From positions 128,001-192,000 of the forward strand of contig JAGVWE010000005.1 in the NCBI GenBank assembly GCA_018304425.1: 64,000 nucleotides of DNA, read 5' to 3'. Under the pieces are notes generated by a model. The model was not told the origin of the DNA and did no database searches. It worked only from the letters and a program-made list of their open reading frames with translations. This document shows, piece by piece, positions 18,420 through 27,240 of the stretch. A program made the translations under genes and the position numbers. Origin of the DNA: Candidatus Iainarchaeum sp. Lineage in GTDB: Archaea; Iainarchaeota; Iainarchaeia; Iainarchaeales; UBA10219. Each line of letters begins with the position of its first letter. The first letter of the stretch is position 1.

Positions 18420-20081
18420 ATGCCCGGCCCCCTAGAACCGCGAAGGTCAAAGTTGTCTCGCTGGCCGCGCCTCCTTCGACCAGCGCTAGGGCCTGCGCCA
18501 GTTGAATGGCGCGGAAAAGCAGTGCCCCATACCATTGAATTCAATCCTGCCACCCAGCAGCACACGGGAATTAAGTCGGTGACCGTGGAACCTTTACAGG
18601 CCAGACACGTTGAAGGCCAGGAGAGCATCGGCTTACATCAAGTTGACATTCACTTGACTAGTGGGCGAACCTTTAAAGCGAGAATGCTGCCCGGGCTGGC
18701 CCGTGCACCGGTTGGAATTGTTTATCTCAAGGGAATGATTCCCCCTCCCGGCCAAAAAGCCGGTGTTGACCGGACTACATTCAGGGAAATGCGGAAAAGC
18801 GAGGAGGGCCAGAAGGCCTTTGCCGCCTTTGCGGAAGCCCAAAAGCTCAAGGAACAGAATATCCTCAAAGAGCTTTCCTCCAGGGGCCTGCCGGTCATCA
18901 CTTTTGAATGGACTGGCACCTATGAAAACAAGGAGTTTGGAAGTTTTACGGAAGCAACCATGAAGGCCGACATCGATCGGGCCATTCAAGCCATGCATTT
19001 ACTGACCGGCGCGAAAAAAGCGGTGCTGTCAGGGTGGAGTTTGGGTGCTACTGCCGCGTTATGGTATGGCGCCAAGCATGCAAACCGGCATGAGATCGCC
19101 GGCATACTTGGGATGAGCCCCTACCACGTGCAAAGAGAAGCGGGGCTTAGTGGCAGGCCCATAGGGATTCAACCAGAAGAAACCCGGGGACACGTCATAC
19201 AAAGAATCGTGTCCCCGCAGTACCGTGACATGGCGGCAGTCCAATTTGCTGAAAATTTTGAGGCAGGAAAAATTTTCGGGTTCCTGGGAGACCCATCCAT
19301 GAGGCGGCTGGCACGCCTTCGAGTACCCATTGTATTGACCCACGGGGAGAGGGACATTCTTTCCTTTCACGGCCGCACAGAGCGGATTGCTGAAGAAATA
19401 CGTAGATGGAGACAGGCACGAAACCTGCCAACCGATGACATTTATTATGAACGGGTGCCTGGCACCGGCCATGATGCAATTACTGGAAGCCATGGCCGAC
19501 TCCAGGGCCTGCTGGATTCACTTTTGTCAGACTTGTTTGGATTCCACCATACATTACACAGTTTCCCCCCTAGCGCAAGAAAGTTTGTACAAGAACTGCC
19601 ACCTGAAAAGCAGCTTTCGATACTAATCCATCACCTCGAACACCAGCCTACTGGAAAAAAGCGAATTCCTTTAAGGACATACCATGACGCTGACAGAAAG
19701 GCTTGGACCGAGTTTAAACCGGTCATGCCTGGCGTGCCGCCTGTGATGGTGCATGGTGTGGGGGATAAGGTAATAAGCCAGGAAACGACCAGACGATTGA
19801 CTGCGTTGCTTAAAACTATGAATGTGCTTCAGAGGGGACAAGACCAAGTGATACCCCAGCATTTGGAAATTGTGCGGGAGATGGGTATCCCGATGGATAG
19901 GATTCCAGCGAACCAGACGGCGGAGAGAACCGAATTAATTGGAAGATTGAGAGCCCAGTTCGTTAAGTTATGCTATGAGACGGCCAAACAGGTGGGCGTC
20001 ACTCCACGGGAATTCCTGGTTTTGGCAAGAATATTCGTTGGGATGCCGGTTCGCCGGCTACGTCCACCAGCCGCCCCCTAA
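18420..20081 (+). CDS. Alpha/beta-hydrolase-fold ORFan with long unrecognised extensions
   Basis: GWSLG nucleophile elbow, HGERD, GTGHD; more A/T-ending codons than neighbouring genes. Confidence 0.75.
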   Translation: MPGPLEPRRSKLSRWPRLLRPALGPAPVEWRGKAVPHTIEFNPATQQHTGIKSVTVEPLQARHVEGQESIGLHQVDIHLTSGRTFKARMLPGLARAPVGIVYLKGMIPPPGQKAGVDRTTFREMRKSEEGQKAFAAFAEAQKLKEQNILKELSSRGLPVITFEWTGTYENKEFGSFTEATMKADIDRAIQAMHLLTGAKKAVLSGWSLGATAALWYGAKHANRHEIAGILGMSPYHVQREAGLSGRPIGIQPEETRGHVIQRIVSPQYRDMAAVQFAENFEAGKIFGFLGDPSMRRLARLRVPIVLTHGERDILSFHGRTERIAEEIRRWRQARNLPTDDIYYERVPGTGHDAITGSHGRLQGLLDSLLSDLFGFHHTLHSFPPSARKFVQELPPEKQLSILIHHLEHQPTGKKRIPLRTYHDADRKAWTEFKPVMPGVPPVMVHGVGDKVISQETTRRLTALLKTMNVLQRGQDQVIPQHLEIVREMGIPMDRIPANQTAERTELIGRLRAQFVKLCYETAKQVGVTPREFLVLARIFVGMPVRRLRPPAAP

Positions 20082-20255
20082 AGGCTATTTCCAGTTTTTA
20101 ATCGGGTTCTTGTAATCCTGCTATTCCTTGTACGGTTACGGGAAGGGGAAAGTCGATTGCGGCCCATAATTGCTTTTGCCCTTGTAGGCAAGACAGGGAC
20201 CTGTGATTAAACAAGGGAAGCAACCTATATTTTCCCGAATGGGCCATATACTGCC

Positions 20256-20831
20256 ATGTCGGCTCACCAGTATTGTCTAGAGAGCGGAGCGGCAGACGGC
20301 AATTGCCGGTTGTGCGTGCCGCTGCCTTCCCCCGGCGAGTTCTTCAAGGTGCCGGAACGCGAGTTGCTGGAAGGCATTGAAAAGAGAATGACCCTGGCCT
20401 CCGCCAAACTGGAACCCATTCTTTCCGTCCTCGTGGGCTTGCTGGAGGAAAACAAGCTGCGGTGCGCGATTGACTTCAGGGTCAAAAGCCTGGGAAGCAT
20501 CCACTTCAAGATGCTGATAAAGGCCCGGCCACCGGAAAAGATATACGACTTGCTGGGCATCCGGTTCATCGTTGACTCGGCAGAGGACTGTTACCGGCTC
20601 GCCAACCTGCTGCACATGGAATTCGACTTCGTCGCCAGCGAGTTCGACGACTACATTGCCAAGCCCAAGAACAATTACCGTTCCCTGCACACGGTCCTGA
20701 AATGGGACGAGGAAACAGCCTTTGAAGTTCAAATCCGGACCCAGAAAATGCACGAGGACGCGGAAAGGGGCAGCGTGAGCCACTGGCAGTACAAGATCGG
20801 CTTGCTGCAGCACGTCCCGGGCTTCACGTGA
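20256..20831 (+). CDS. Stand-alone RelA/SpoT (p)ppGpp synthetase-domain protein
   Basis: RVKS..SI..K, IYDLLGIR, EFDDYIAKPK.NYRSLHT, EVQIRT, SHWQYK. Confidence 0.88.
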   Translation: MSAHQYCLESGAADGNCRLCVPLPSPGEFFKVPERELLEGIEKRMTLASAKLEPILSVLVGLLEENKLRCAIDFRVKSLGSIHFKMLIKARPPEKIYDLLGIRFIVDSAEDCYRLANLLHMEFDFVASEFDDYIAKPKNNYRSLHTVLKWDEETAFEVQIRTQKMHEDAERGSVSHWQYKIGLLQHVPGFT

Positions 20832-20833
20832 GA

Positions 20834-21346
20834 CTATTTCTCATCCAACAACTTTTCGGTGAGGTCGGCAAAATCAAAGCGGCTGAACCGCGTTTCGTCG
20901 AGGATGATGAGCGCGCACTTGGGGTCCTCCAGGAGATAGGGGAACCCGCCCAGGAACGCCTTCAATTCGGTCAACTTGTTGTGGAACTCCCGGTAGTCCC
21001 GGAAATGCGCGAAATGCGTGCTCTCGGTTTCCTCGAAGCTGGCGACGATGGGCTTCAAGATTTCCAGGATTTTCGCCTTGGCCGCCTTCCGGTGGGCCGC
21101 GGAAGACAAGGGGTTGACCTTGAAGTGAATGGCGCCCAGATACTTGCATCCAAGGGCCTGCAGGTTCACCCACGCTTTTTGCACGAGATAACCCTCTTCC
21201 AGCAACCGGTTTTTGATGGCTGAAACCGTGGAAACACTTAAGCCCAGCTTGCCGGCAAGGGAACTATTCGTCAATTCAGGAAAGCGAAGCAAGGCCACCA
21301 TCACCTTTTTCTCGCGATGGGTGAGGGTTTTCTTCATCCGCTTCAA
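20834..21346 (-). CDS. Winged-helix (Lrp/AsnC-like) transcription regulator
   Basis: N-terminal HTH LTNSSLAGKLGLSVSTVSAIKNRLLEEG; paralogous to the adjacent ORF. Confidence 0.75.
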   Translation of the reverse strand: MKRMKKTLTHREKKVMVALLRFPELTNSSLAGKLGLSVSTVSAIKNRLLEEGYLVQKAWVNLQALGCKYLGAIHFKVNPLSSAAHRKAAKAKILEILKPIVASFEETESTHFAHFRDYREFHNKLTELKAFLGGFPYLLEDPKCALIILDETRFSRFDFADLTEKLLDEK

Positions 21347-21873
21347 GGCAATGCCTCCAACTTGTAAGCAAAGAGCTCCCGGAGTTTGTCGGTGAAATCA
21401 AAGAAGCGCTCGGTATGGGCAAGCTTCACGGGGCTCATGACCAGCGTGGTTTCGGCGAGAAACCCGAGCGCCGTATACCGATCCACCCACAGCTCGTGCA
21501 ACAACCACTTGACTTCCGCGTAATCCCGCCCCAAAAAAAAACCAAGGTAATCCGTATCAGTCGTTTTCGCAAAAACAAGGTAAGGCACTCTCGAAATCTT
21601 GGCAAAAGCGGCGGTCTGCCGCCGCTTGGTAAACTGGATGCCGGGCTTGAACGAACCAAAGCAGGCACCCATCACGGTTACGTTCAACCGTTCCAGGTTA
21701 GGCAAATAAAAGTTTTTCACCACGCCTTTCCGGGTCAAGCGGTTGCGGACCGCGGTAAGCGAGGAACGCTTGACTTCCAGCCGCTGCGCCAACTCGACGT
21801 CGTTCAGGTCCGGATAGCGGCAGATGCCGTACAAGACCTTCTTCTCCAAGGACATGAGGCGAACCGGTCGCAT
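21343..21873 (-). CDS. Winged-helix (Lrp/AsnC-like) transcription regulator
   Basis: HTH LNDVELAQRLEVKRSSLTAVRNRL; both paralogues end in a FDFxD motif. The longer ORF-track start overlaps tRNA-Leu. Confidence 0.75.
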   Translation of the reverse strand: MRPVRLMSLEKKVLYGICRYPDLNDVELAQRLEVKRSSLTAVRNRLTRKGVVKNFYLPNLERLNVTVMGACFGSFKPGIQFTKRRQTAAFAKISRVPYLVFAKTTDTDYLGFFLGRDYAEVKWLLHELWVDRYTALGFLAETTLVMSPVKLAHTERFFDFTDKLRELFAYKLEALP

Positions 21874-21960
21874 GACCTCTTTTATGCCCCTGAACGAATT
21901 TAATGATATCCGTTCGCCAAAAAACGCCGGAAAAGCCGGAAAAAGGCGAAAAAAAAGGAG

Positions 21961-22043
21961 TGCGGGAGGGCGGATTCGAACCGCCGTAGCCGCTAGGGCG
22001 CGGGCCCTCAACCCGGTGTCGTTGGCCGCTTGACTACTCCCGC
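21961..22043 (-). tRNA. tRNA-Leu(GAG)
   Basis: GCGGGAG/CTCCCGC acceptor stem; TT-GAG-GG loop; variable arm; GTTCGAATC; C-C mismatch at the top of the anticodon stem. Confidence 0.93.
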
Positions 22044-22103
22044 AACTGACGAGGCGTCAGTTGACACCGCATACGTCGTCCCATCTGCGATGGGACATAA
22101 ATA
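22044..22103 (-). repeat. tRNA-associated double-hairpin element family B, copy abutting the 5' end of tRNA-Leu
   Basis: TATTTAT-GTCCCATC-GCA-GATGGGAC-GACGTATGCGGTG-TC-AACTGACG-CCT-CGTCAGTT, 60 nt. Confidence 0.92.
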
Positions 22104-22132
22104 TACCAGTATCAGCCTGACCGCTTTAACTA

Positions 22133-22552
22133 TTACTTCTTGAGGTGGGCTTTTATTCGTTCGCTTACGGTTTCAAGCCCGGGCATTTCGGCTTTGAAGC
22201 GATTGTGCACGAAGTTCAAGCCGTCATCCGCCTTGCGGGGAATCACGTGGAAGTGCACGTGGAAAATGACTTGCCCTGCGACCCGGTCGTTGGACTGCAA
22301 GATGTTGAAGCCCGGGCTGTCCGTGGCCTTCATGACGGCCGCACCCAGCTTCTTGGCGGCCAGGATGGCGGCCGCAAGTTCCTCGTCCCGGGCCTCGGCC
22401 ACGGTGGGCGCGTGCCGCTTGAGCACGACCAGGCAATGGCCGTCCGCAGCCGGATAGATGTCCATGAAGGAAACCACGTGCTCGTTTTCAAAGACTTTCA
22501 CACAAGGCAACTGCCCGGCCACGACCTTGCAGAACACGCAGTCCGAATTCAT
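22133..22552 (-). CDS. HIT family nucleotide hydrolase
   Basis: DCVFCK, GHCLV, HVHFHVIPR histidine triad. Confidence 0.95.
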   Translation of the reverse strand: MNSDCVFCKVVAGQLPCVKVFENEHVVSFMDIYPAADGHCLVVLKRHAPTVAEARDEELAAAILAAKKLGAAVMKATDSPGFNILQSNDRVAGQVIFHVHFHVIPRKADDGLNFVHNRFKAEMPGLETVSERIKAHLKK

Positions 22553-23250
22553 TGAGTGCTTCCCTCTGCTGCTTTCTCGGGCTTGGAGATGTTCTCAATC
22601 TTTATCCAGAAGTTGAGGGCCTTGCCCACCATGGGATGGTTGAAGTCCACGCTCGCATGCGTGGCCGTTACCCCGACCACGGACAAAGGAAAGGGCACGC
22701 CCTCCGCGTACAACGTGTCCCCGACTTTTGGCTCGATGCCTTGCTGCTTCAATTCCGCCAAGGAACCCTCCTTGACCGGTTTGGGGTCGGGCAAGCCATA
22801 GGATTCCTCGGCAGACAAGTGAATGGATTTTTCCTCGCCCACTTTCATGCCGAGCACGGCCGCGTCAAAGCCCAGAATCATCAAGCCCATGCCGGCCACG
22901 AATTCCATGGGCCGGTTCCCGTTCTTCTCCGTGGAGTCAAACACGGTGCCATCGTCAAAGGTTCCCTTGTAAAACACCCGAATGGTGTCGCCCTTTTCGA
23001 CGACCAAGCCGTCAACGGGAGGGGTTGCCTCCGCCACCGGGCCAACGGCCGGAGCCACTGGAGTCACCGGGGCCGGCGTGGAAAGCGCTTCCGTTGCCGG
23101 TGCGGGTGCTTCCACGGACAAGGGCTTTACCGGCTCTCCGCCAGCCACGGCACTGGGCCTTCCGCTGCCTGCCTGGGTGCTTGTACCCGCCTGGGTGCAA
23201 CCCAGCACCAACAAGACGCCCATCAACGCCACGAAAACAGTGAAGTTCAA
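22549..23250 (-). CDS. FKBP/SlyD-type peptidyl-prolyl isomerase with N-terminal lipoprotein signal
   Basis: GTFDDGTVFDS, ILGFD, DFNHPMVGK; LVLGC lipobox; TTG start after GAGGAGGGG SD (start approximate). Confidence 0.88.
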   Translation of the reverse strand: MNFTVFVALMGVLLVLGCTQAGTSTQAGSGRPSAVAGGEPVKPLSVEAPAPATEALSTPAPVTPVAPAVGPVAEATPPVDGLVVEKGDTIRVFYKGTFDDGTVFDSTEKNGNRPMEFVAGMGLMILGFDAAVLGMKVGEEKSIHLSAEESYGLPDPKPVKEGSLAELKQQGIEPKVGDTLYAEGVPFPLSVVGVTATHASVDFNHPMVGKALNFWIKIENISKPEKAAEGSTQ

Positions 23251-23441
23251 GTCATTCCCCTCCTCGTCAACGCCAAACAGAAAGCGATTCAACCCATCAA
23301 TTAAACTCCTGGAAGGAATTTAAAGGTATTCCCGGAAAAACCCCCCAAAAACAGGCGACCAAAGGCTTAAATACGAGTTATTTCCTCTTATAGTGGGTTT
23401 TTGGAACCCAATCAAGCATTTTCTGAATGGAGGGGTAATGG

Positions 23442-24074
23442 ATGGGATTCAACTTCGGTGCATTGCCAGGCGTCTTGACTAAGCCCAAGCAGGCTTTCAA
23501 GGACCTTGGCCCGCAAACCATGAAAGAAGGAGCAATTCTTGCCGCCTTGTTTTCAATTGTTGCCAGCGCCATATCTGGCGTGGTCGGCGGTCAAATGAAT
23601 GTAGTGGGTTGGGTGGTTGGAGCAGTCGTGGCAGCCATCATCTTGGTAGCCACCGGCTGGCTGGCAGCCATGCTGGCCAAGATGGTATTCCACGGCAGCG
23701 GAAACACCCGCAACACCGTGGGCTACCTGGGTTATGGCTCGTTCCTGGGCGTCGTTTCAGCCATCGTTGGCGCGGTGCTCGGCATGATGGGCCTGGGCAT
23801 GATGGGCAGCGTGACCCCCGCGAATGCCATGGCCATGGCAGGCGGCGCCCTCGGCGTTGCCGCCATCGTGGGCCTGGTTTTCTTCCTGTGGTCGCTCTAC
23901 ATCAACGGCGCAGCAGTGGGAACCGCGAACGGCATTCGCCTCATTTTCGGTGCGATTTCCTTCTTTGTCGCGGCATTAATCGTGGGCATAGTTGTGGGCA
24001 CGATTCTCGTCATGGTGCTGGGCATGATTGGCCTGGGCGCCATGATGGGCGGCGCAGCCGCGATAGCCGGATGA
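23442..24074 (+). CDS. Yip1-domain membrane protein
   Basis: VLTKPKQAF N-terminal motif and about 5 TM helices. Confidence 0.75.
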   Translation: MGFNFGALPGVLTKPKQAFKDLGPQTMKEGAILAALFSIVASAISGVVGGQMNVVGWVVGAVVAAIILVATGWLAAMLAKMVFHGSGNTRNTVGYLGYGSFLGVVSAIVGAVLGMMGLGMMGSVTPANAMAMAGGALGVAAIVGLVFFLWSLYINGAAVGTANGIRLIFGAISFFVAALIVGIVVGTILVMVLGMIGLGAMMGGAAAIAG

Positions 24075-24095
24075 TCAAACCAGTCGAGGATTGGC

Positions 24096-24133
24096 GCGGC
24101 TGGGAACAGCCGCGGCCCCTGTTTTTTCTTTTT
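24096..24133 (+). terminator. Hairpin plus T-tract terminator
   Basis: GCGGCTG-GGAA-CAGCCGC followed by TTTTTTCTTTTT. Confidence 0.6.
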
Positions 24134-24199
24134 CCCCTTATGTAGTGAGCCCCGGGAAAAGCATTTTTAAACACGATGGACGCCTATCAGTAAAGTATT

Positions 24200-24288
24200 G
24201 GGAGTTAAGGAGGTAAGTCACACTGCTCAATCCCCTTCGGGGGTGGCGCCTGTAACCGGGTGCTGCAGCTCCCTGGCTTACCTCTTTT
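24200..24288 (+). ncRNA. Candidate structured small RNA
   Basis: 14-bp closing helix 24207-24220/24274-24287; C(UUCG)G hairpin; BRE/TATA at about 24154-24171; T-tract downstream. Confidence 0.5.
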
Positions 24289-24359
24289 CACTTACTCTGT
24301 TTTTCCGGCAAACCCCACCCCTTATTAATCGTTTTCGGATGGAATTGGATACCAGCGCC

Positions 24360-24538
24360 GCGGAGGTGGCAGAGTGGTCTAATGCGCCAGCCTGGAAAGG
24401 CCTTGAACCCTGTAAGGGTTTACAAAAGGCCTGCGAAAAGGGGTCATACGTTGTATGGCCCTGCCTGATAAGGCCGCAGGAAGGTTCCAGCGAGCTGGTT
24501 TCCGCAAGGAAGCACGAGTTCGAATCTCGTCCTCCGCG
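24360..24538 (+). tRNA. tRNA-Ser(GGA) with 95-nt BHB intron at 37/38 (24398-24492)
   Basis: GCGGAGG/CCTCCGC acceptor stem; CCAGC-CT-GGA-A|intron|A-GCTGG; central helix CTGG/CCAG; outer helix GGCCTT/AAGGTT; variable arm. Confidence 0.93.
24398..24461 (+). repeat. Family A element inside the tRNA-Ser intron
   Basis: AGGCCTT[14-nt insert]TTTACAAAAGGCCT-GCGAAAAG-GGGTCATAC-GTT-GTATGGCCC. Confidence 0.85.
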
Positions 24539-24608
24539 CTGCCCTTTCCTTCTTTTCCTGGATGGGGGACGCGCTTTGCCTTTTAACCTTTTCCCATCCT
24601 AACACAGT

Positions 24609-26417
24609 ATGGCAGCGAAAGACCTAATCTTCGTTCTCGATTTCGGCGGACAATATGCCCACCTCATTGCCAACCGCGTCCGCCGCCTGGGGGTTTACTC
24701 GGAGATCAAGGACCCGCTCACGCCCCTGGCCGAGCTCCGCAAAGCCAAGGGAATCATCCTCAGTGGGGGGCCGGGAAGCGTCTACGACTCCCAGGGCACG
24801 CCCTATAACCCCGAACTGTTCAAGACCCGGAAACCCGTCCTCGGCATCTGCTACGGGCACCAGGTGATGGGCCACGAGTTGGGCGGCAAGGTGGTTCCCG
24901 GCACGGTGAAAGAGTACGGCAAGGCCGCGCTCATGGTCAAGAAGAAAGAGGGCCTCTTTGCCGGCCTCTCGGACCACGAAACCGTGTGGATGAGCCATGG
25001 TGACACGGTCGCAAGGCTGCCCCCCGGCTTCGAAATCATCGGCTCGACGCCTGACTGCCCGCACGCGGCCATCGCGGACTTCAAGCGCAGGATGTTCGGC
25101 GTGCAGTTCCACGTCGAGGTAACGCATACCCCGCAAGGCGGGCGGATGCTGAAGAACTTCCTGTTCAAGGTCTGCAAGTGCAAGAAGAGCTGGAACGTGA
25201 AGGGGTTTGCCGCGCAGAAGGTGAAGGAGCTTCGAAGGGAAGTCGGGAAGAAGAACGTGTTCCTGCTTATCAGCGGCGGCGTTGACTCGGTGGTTTCGCT
25301 GGCGCTGCTGAACAAGGCCATTGGCTCCAAGCGCATCTATGCCTTGCACGTCGACCACGGCTTCATGCGCAAGGAGGAAAGCTTGGCCGTGGAGCGGGCA
25401 CTGAAGAAGCTCAAGATGTCGCCGCTGCACGTGGTGGACGCGGGCAAGGAATTCTACGAAGCCCTAAGGGGCGTGGTGGAGCCGGAGCAGAAGCGGAAGG
25501 TCATCGGAGGACTCTTCGTGAAGCTTGCCAATCAGGAGCTGCGGCGGCTGAACCTCAAGCCCGAGGACTGGCTGCTGGGCCAGGGCACGATTTACCCGGA
25601 CACCATTGAAAGCGCGGGCACGAGGCACGCCTGCCGCATCAAAACACATCACAACCGCATTGACTCGCTCAAGGAAATGATGGAAGCCGGTTTGCTGGTG
25701 GAGCCCATCAAGGAGTTGTACAAGGACGAGGTCCGGGAACTCGGCGTCCAGCTCGGCTTGCCCGGGGCAATCGTGAAACGGCATCCCTTTCCCGGGCCGG
25801 GGCTCGCCATCCGGGCCCTTTGCTCGAACGGCCAAACCGAACCCGTGCCGGAGGGCTTGGGGGAACGCGTGAACGCCTTGGCAAGCAAGTTCGGGTTGAA
25901 GGCCCAGGTGCTGCCCCTTCGAAGCGTGGGCGTGCAGGGAGACGAGCGCACCTACCGGTTGGCCGTGGCGTTGCAGGGCCAGGCAAGCTGGACCGCCTTG
26001 GAGGAATGCTCGACGCGGCTCACCAACGAGGTCAAGGAAGTCAACCGCGTGGTGTGGCTGCTTGAACCGAAGGCCATTGAATCGGTGAGGGTCAGGCCCG
26101 GCTATTTGACGCGCAGCCGGCTGGACTCGTTGCGGGAAGCCGATGACGTGGTCAACCAGGCAATGGCAAAAACCAGGTGGTATGACCGGATATGGCAGTT
26201 TCCCGTGGTGCTCGTGCCCCTCGCGGTCAACGCCGGAGAAGGCGAGTCCATCGTGTTGAGGCCGGTGTTCTCCACCGAGGCCATGACCGCGAAATTCGCC
26301 CCCCTGCCTCCCGCCTTGGTGGAGAAAATGGTGAAGGGCATCCGGAAACTCAAGGGAATAACGGCCGTGTTCTACGACGTGACGCACAAGCCGCCGGCCA
26401 CGATTTGCTGGGAGTGA
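24609..26417 (+). CDS. guaA: GMP synthase, fused glutamine amidotransferase plus ATP pyrophosphatase
   Basis: LDFGGQY, GICYGHQ, QFHVE, SGGVDS, IKTHHN, HPFPGPGL, KPPATICWE. Confidence 0.97.
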   Translation: MAAKDLIFVLDFGGQYAHLIANRVRRLGVYSEIKDPLTPLAELRKAKGIILSGGPGSVYDSQGTPYNPELFKTRKPVLGICYGHQVMGHELGGKVVPGTVKEYGKAALMVKKKEGLFAGLSDHETVWMSHGDTVARLPPGFEIIGSTPDCPHAAIADFKRRMFGVQFHVEVTHTPQGGRMLKNFLFKVCKCKKSWNVKGFAAQKVKELRREVGKKNVFLLISGGVDSVVSLALLNKAIGSKRIYALHVDHGFMRKEESLAVERALKKLKMSPLHVVDAGKEFYEALRGVVEPEQKRKVIGGLFVKLANQELRRLNLKPEDWLLGQGTIYPDTIESAGTRHACRIKTHHNRIDSLKEMMEAGLLVEPIKELYKDEVRELGVQLGLPGAIVKRHPFPGPGLAIRALCSNGQTEPVPEGLGERVNALASKFGLKAQVLPLRSVGVQGDERTYRLAVALQGQASWTALEECSTRLTNEVKEVNRVVWLLEPKAIESVRVRPGYLTRSRLDSLREADDVVNQAMAKTRWYDRIWQFPVVLVPLAVNAGEGESIVLRPVFSTEAMTAKFAPLPPALVEKMVKGIRKLKGITAVFYDVTHKPPATICWE

Positions 26418-26423
26418 AAAACG

Positions 26424-27077
26424 TCAGGGCTTCAAGGCCTTGAGTTGTTCTACCGCTTCCGCTGGGTTGGCGGACGCGAAGACGGTGGTTCCGGCCACCA
26501 AGACGTTGGCTCCTGCCTTGAGGCAGCGCAAGCCGGTTTCCAGGTCTATTCCGCCGTCGACCTCGACGTCGCAGGCAATCTTTTTCTCTTTGAGGTAGCG
26601 CGCGAGTTGCTGGATTTTGTAGACCGCGTTCACGTTAAAGGCTTGGCCGCCAAAACCTGCTTCGACGGTCATGACTTGTGCCAGGTCGACGTCGGCGAGA
26701 AAGGGGAACAGTTTTTCTATGTCCACCCGGGCGTTGGCCGAAATGCCTTTGACCAGGTCGTTGACTTGCATGAGTTTGATGGTTTGCAGGGGGTTGGCAA
26801 CCGTTTCAACGTGGAAAATGGCCCCATTCGCCCCGGCCTCGGCAAAGGGCTTGATGAACCGGTCCGGGTTTGAAACCATCAAGTGGACTTCAATGGGGAG
26901 GTCGGTCACTTTCCGGAGGGCCTTGACGACGGGAACGCCCATGGAGAGGTTCGGCACGTAGTGGCCGTCCATCACGTCCACGTGGATGAAGTCCGCGTTC
27001 TTCACCTTGCCGATTTCCTCGGCCAGGTGCGCGAAGTCCGCGTTCAAGATGCTGGGACCGACTTTGACCATGACCAT
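26424..27077 (-). CDS. rpe: Ribulose-phosphate 3-epimerase
   Basis: PSILNAD, HVDVMDGHYVPN, HLMV, GFGGQ, VDGG; start at 27077 or 27071. Confidence 0.95.
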   Translation of the reverse strand: MVMVKVGPSILNADFAHLAEEIGKVKNADFIHVDVMDGHYVPNLSMGVPVVKALRKVTDLPIEVHLMVSNPDRFIKPFAEAGANGAIFHVETVANPLQTIKLMQVNDLVKGISANARVDIEKLFPFLADVDLAQVMTVEAGFGGQAFNVNAVYKIQQLARYLKEKKIACDVEVDGGIDLETGLRCLKAGANVLVAGTTVFASANPAEAVEQLKALKP

Positions 27078-27093
27078 TACCTGCAGCAAAGCC

Positions 27094-27166
27094 TATTTAT
27101 GTCCCATCGAGCCCTTCAGGCGAGATGGGACGACGTATCGTGTGCAGCCGCCACCTTCAGGCGGCT
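27094..27166 (+). repeat. Family B element, variant copy abutting the 3' end of tRNA-Ala in opposite orientation
   Basis: TATTTAT-GTCCCATC-[15-nt loop]-GATGGGAC-GACGTATCGTGTG-C-AGCCGCC-ACCTTCA-GGCGGCT. Confidence 0.85.
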
Positions 27167-27167
27167 A

Positions 27168-27239
27168 TGGACTGGCGGGGAATCGAACCCCGAGTCTCCG
27201 CGTTGCGAACGCGGCGTCTTACCATTCGACTACCAGCCC
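27168..27239 (-). tRNA. tRNA-Ala(CGC)
   Basis: GGGCTGG/CCAGTCC acceptor stem with G3:U70; CCGCG-TT-CGC-AA-CGCGG anticodon arm. Confidence 0.96.
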
Positions 27240-27240
27240 A

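Noticed and set aside
21874-22011. ORF-track N-terminal extensions of the regulator at 21343 (also hicB from 38015, and ORFs 17249-17596, 24198-24602, 3071-3322)
   Set aside because: They run through tRNA or RNase P genes; downstream starts or the RNA annotation fit better.
21961-22043. tRNA-Leu as a pseudogene because of a C-C mismatch in the anticodon stem
   Set aside because: A single mismatch at 27:43 is tolerated; the other arms and conserved bases are intact.
24200-24288. SRP RNA Alu domain or twister ribozyme identity for the candidate sRNA
   Set aside because: Only short coincidental words (TGTAACC, CACTGC) match; no helix 8 motif or twister pseudoknots were found.
24430-24490. Hammerhead ribozyme in the tRNA-Ser intron (CTGATAAG, GAAA)
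   Set aside because: The core is CTGATAA rather than CTGANGA, and the three stems cannot be arranged properly.
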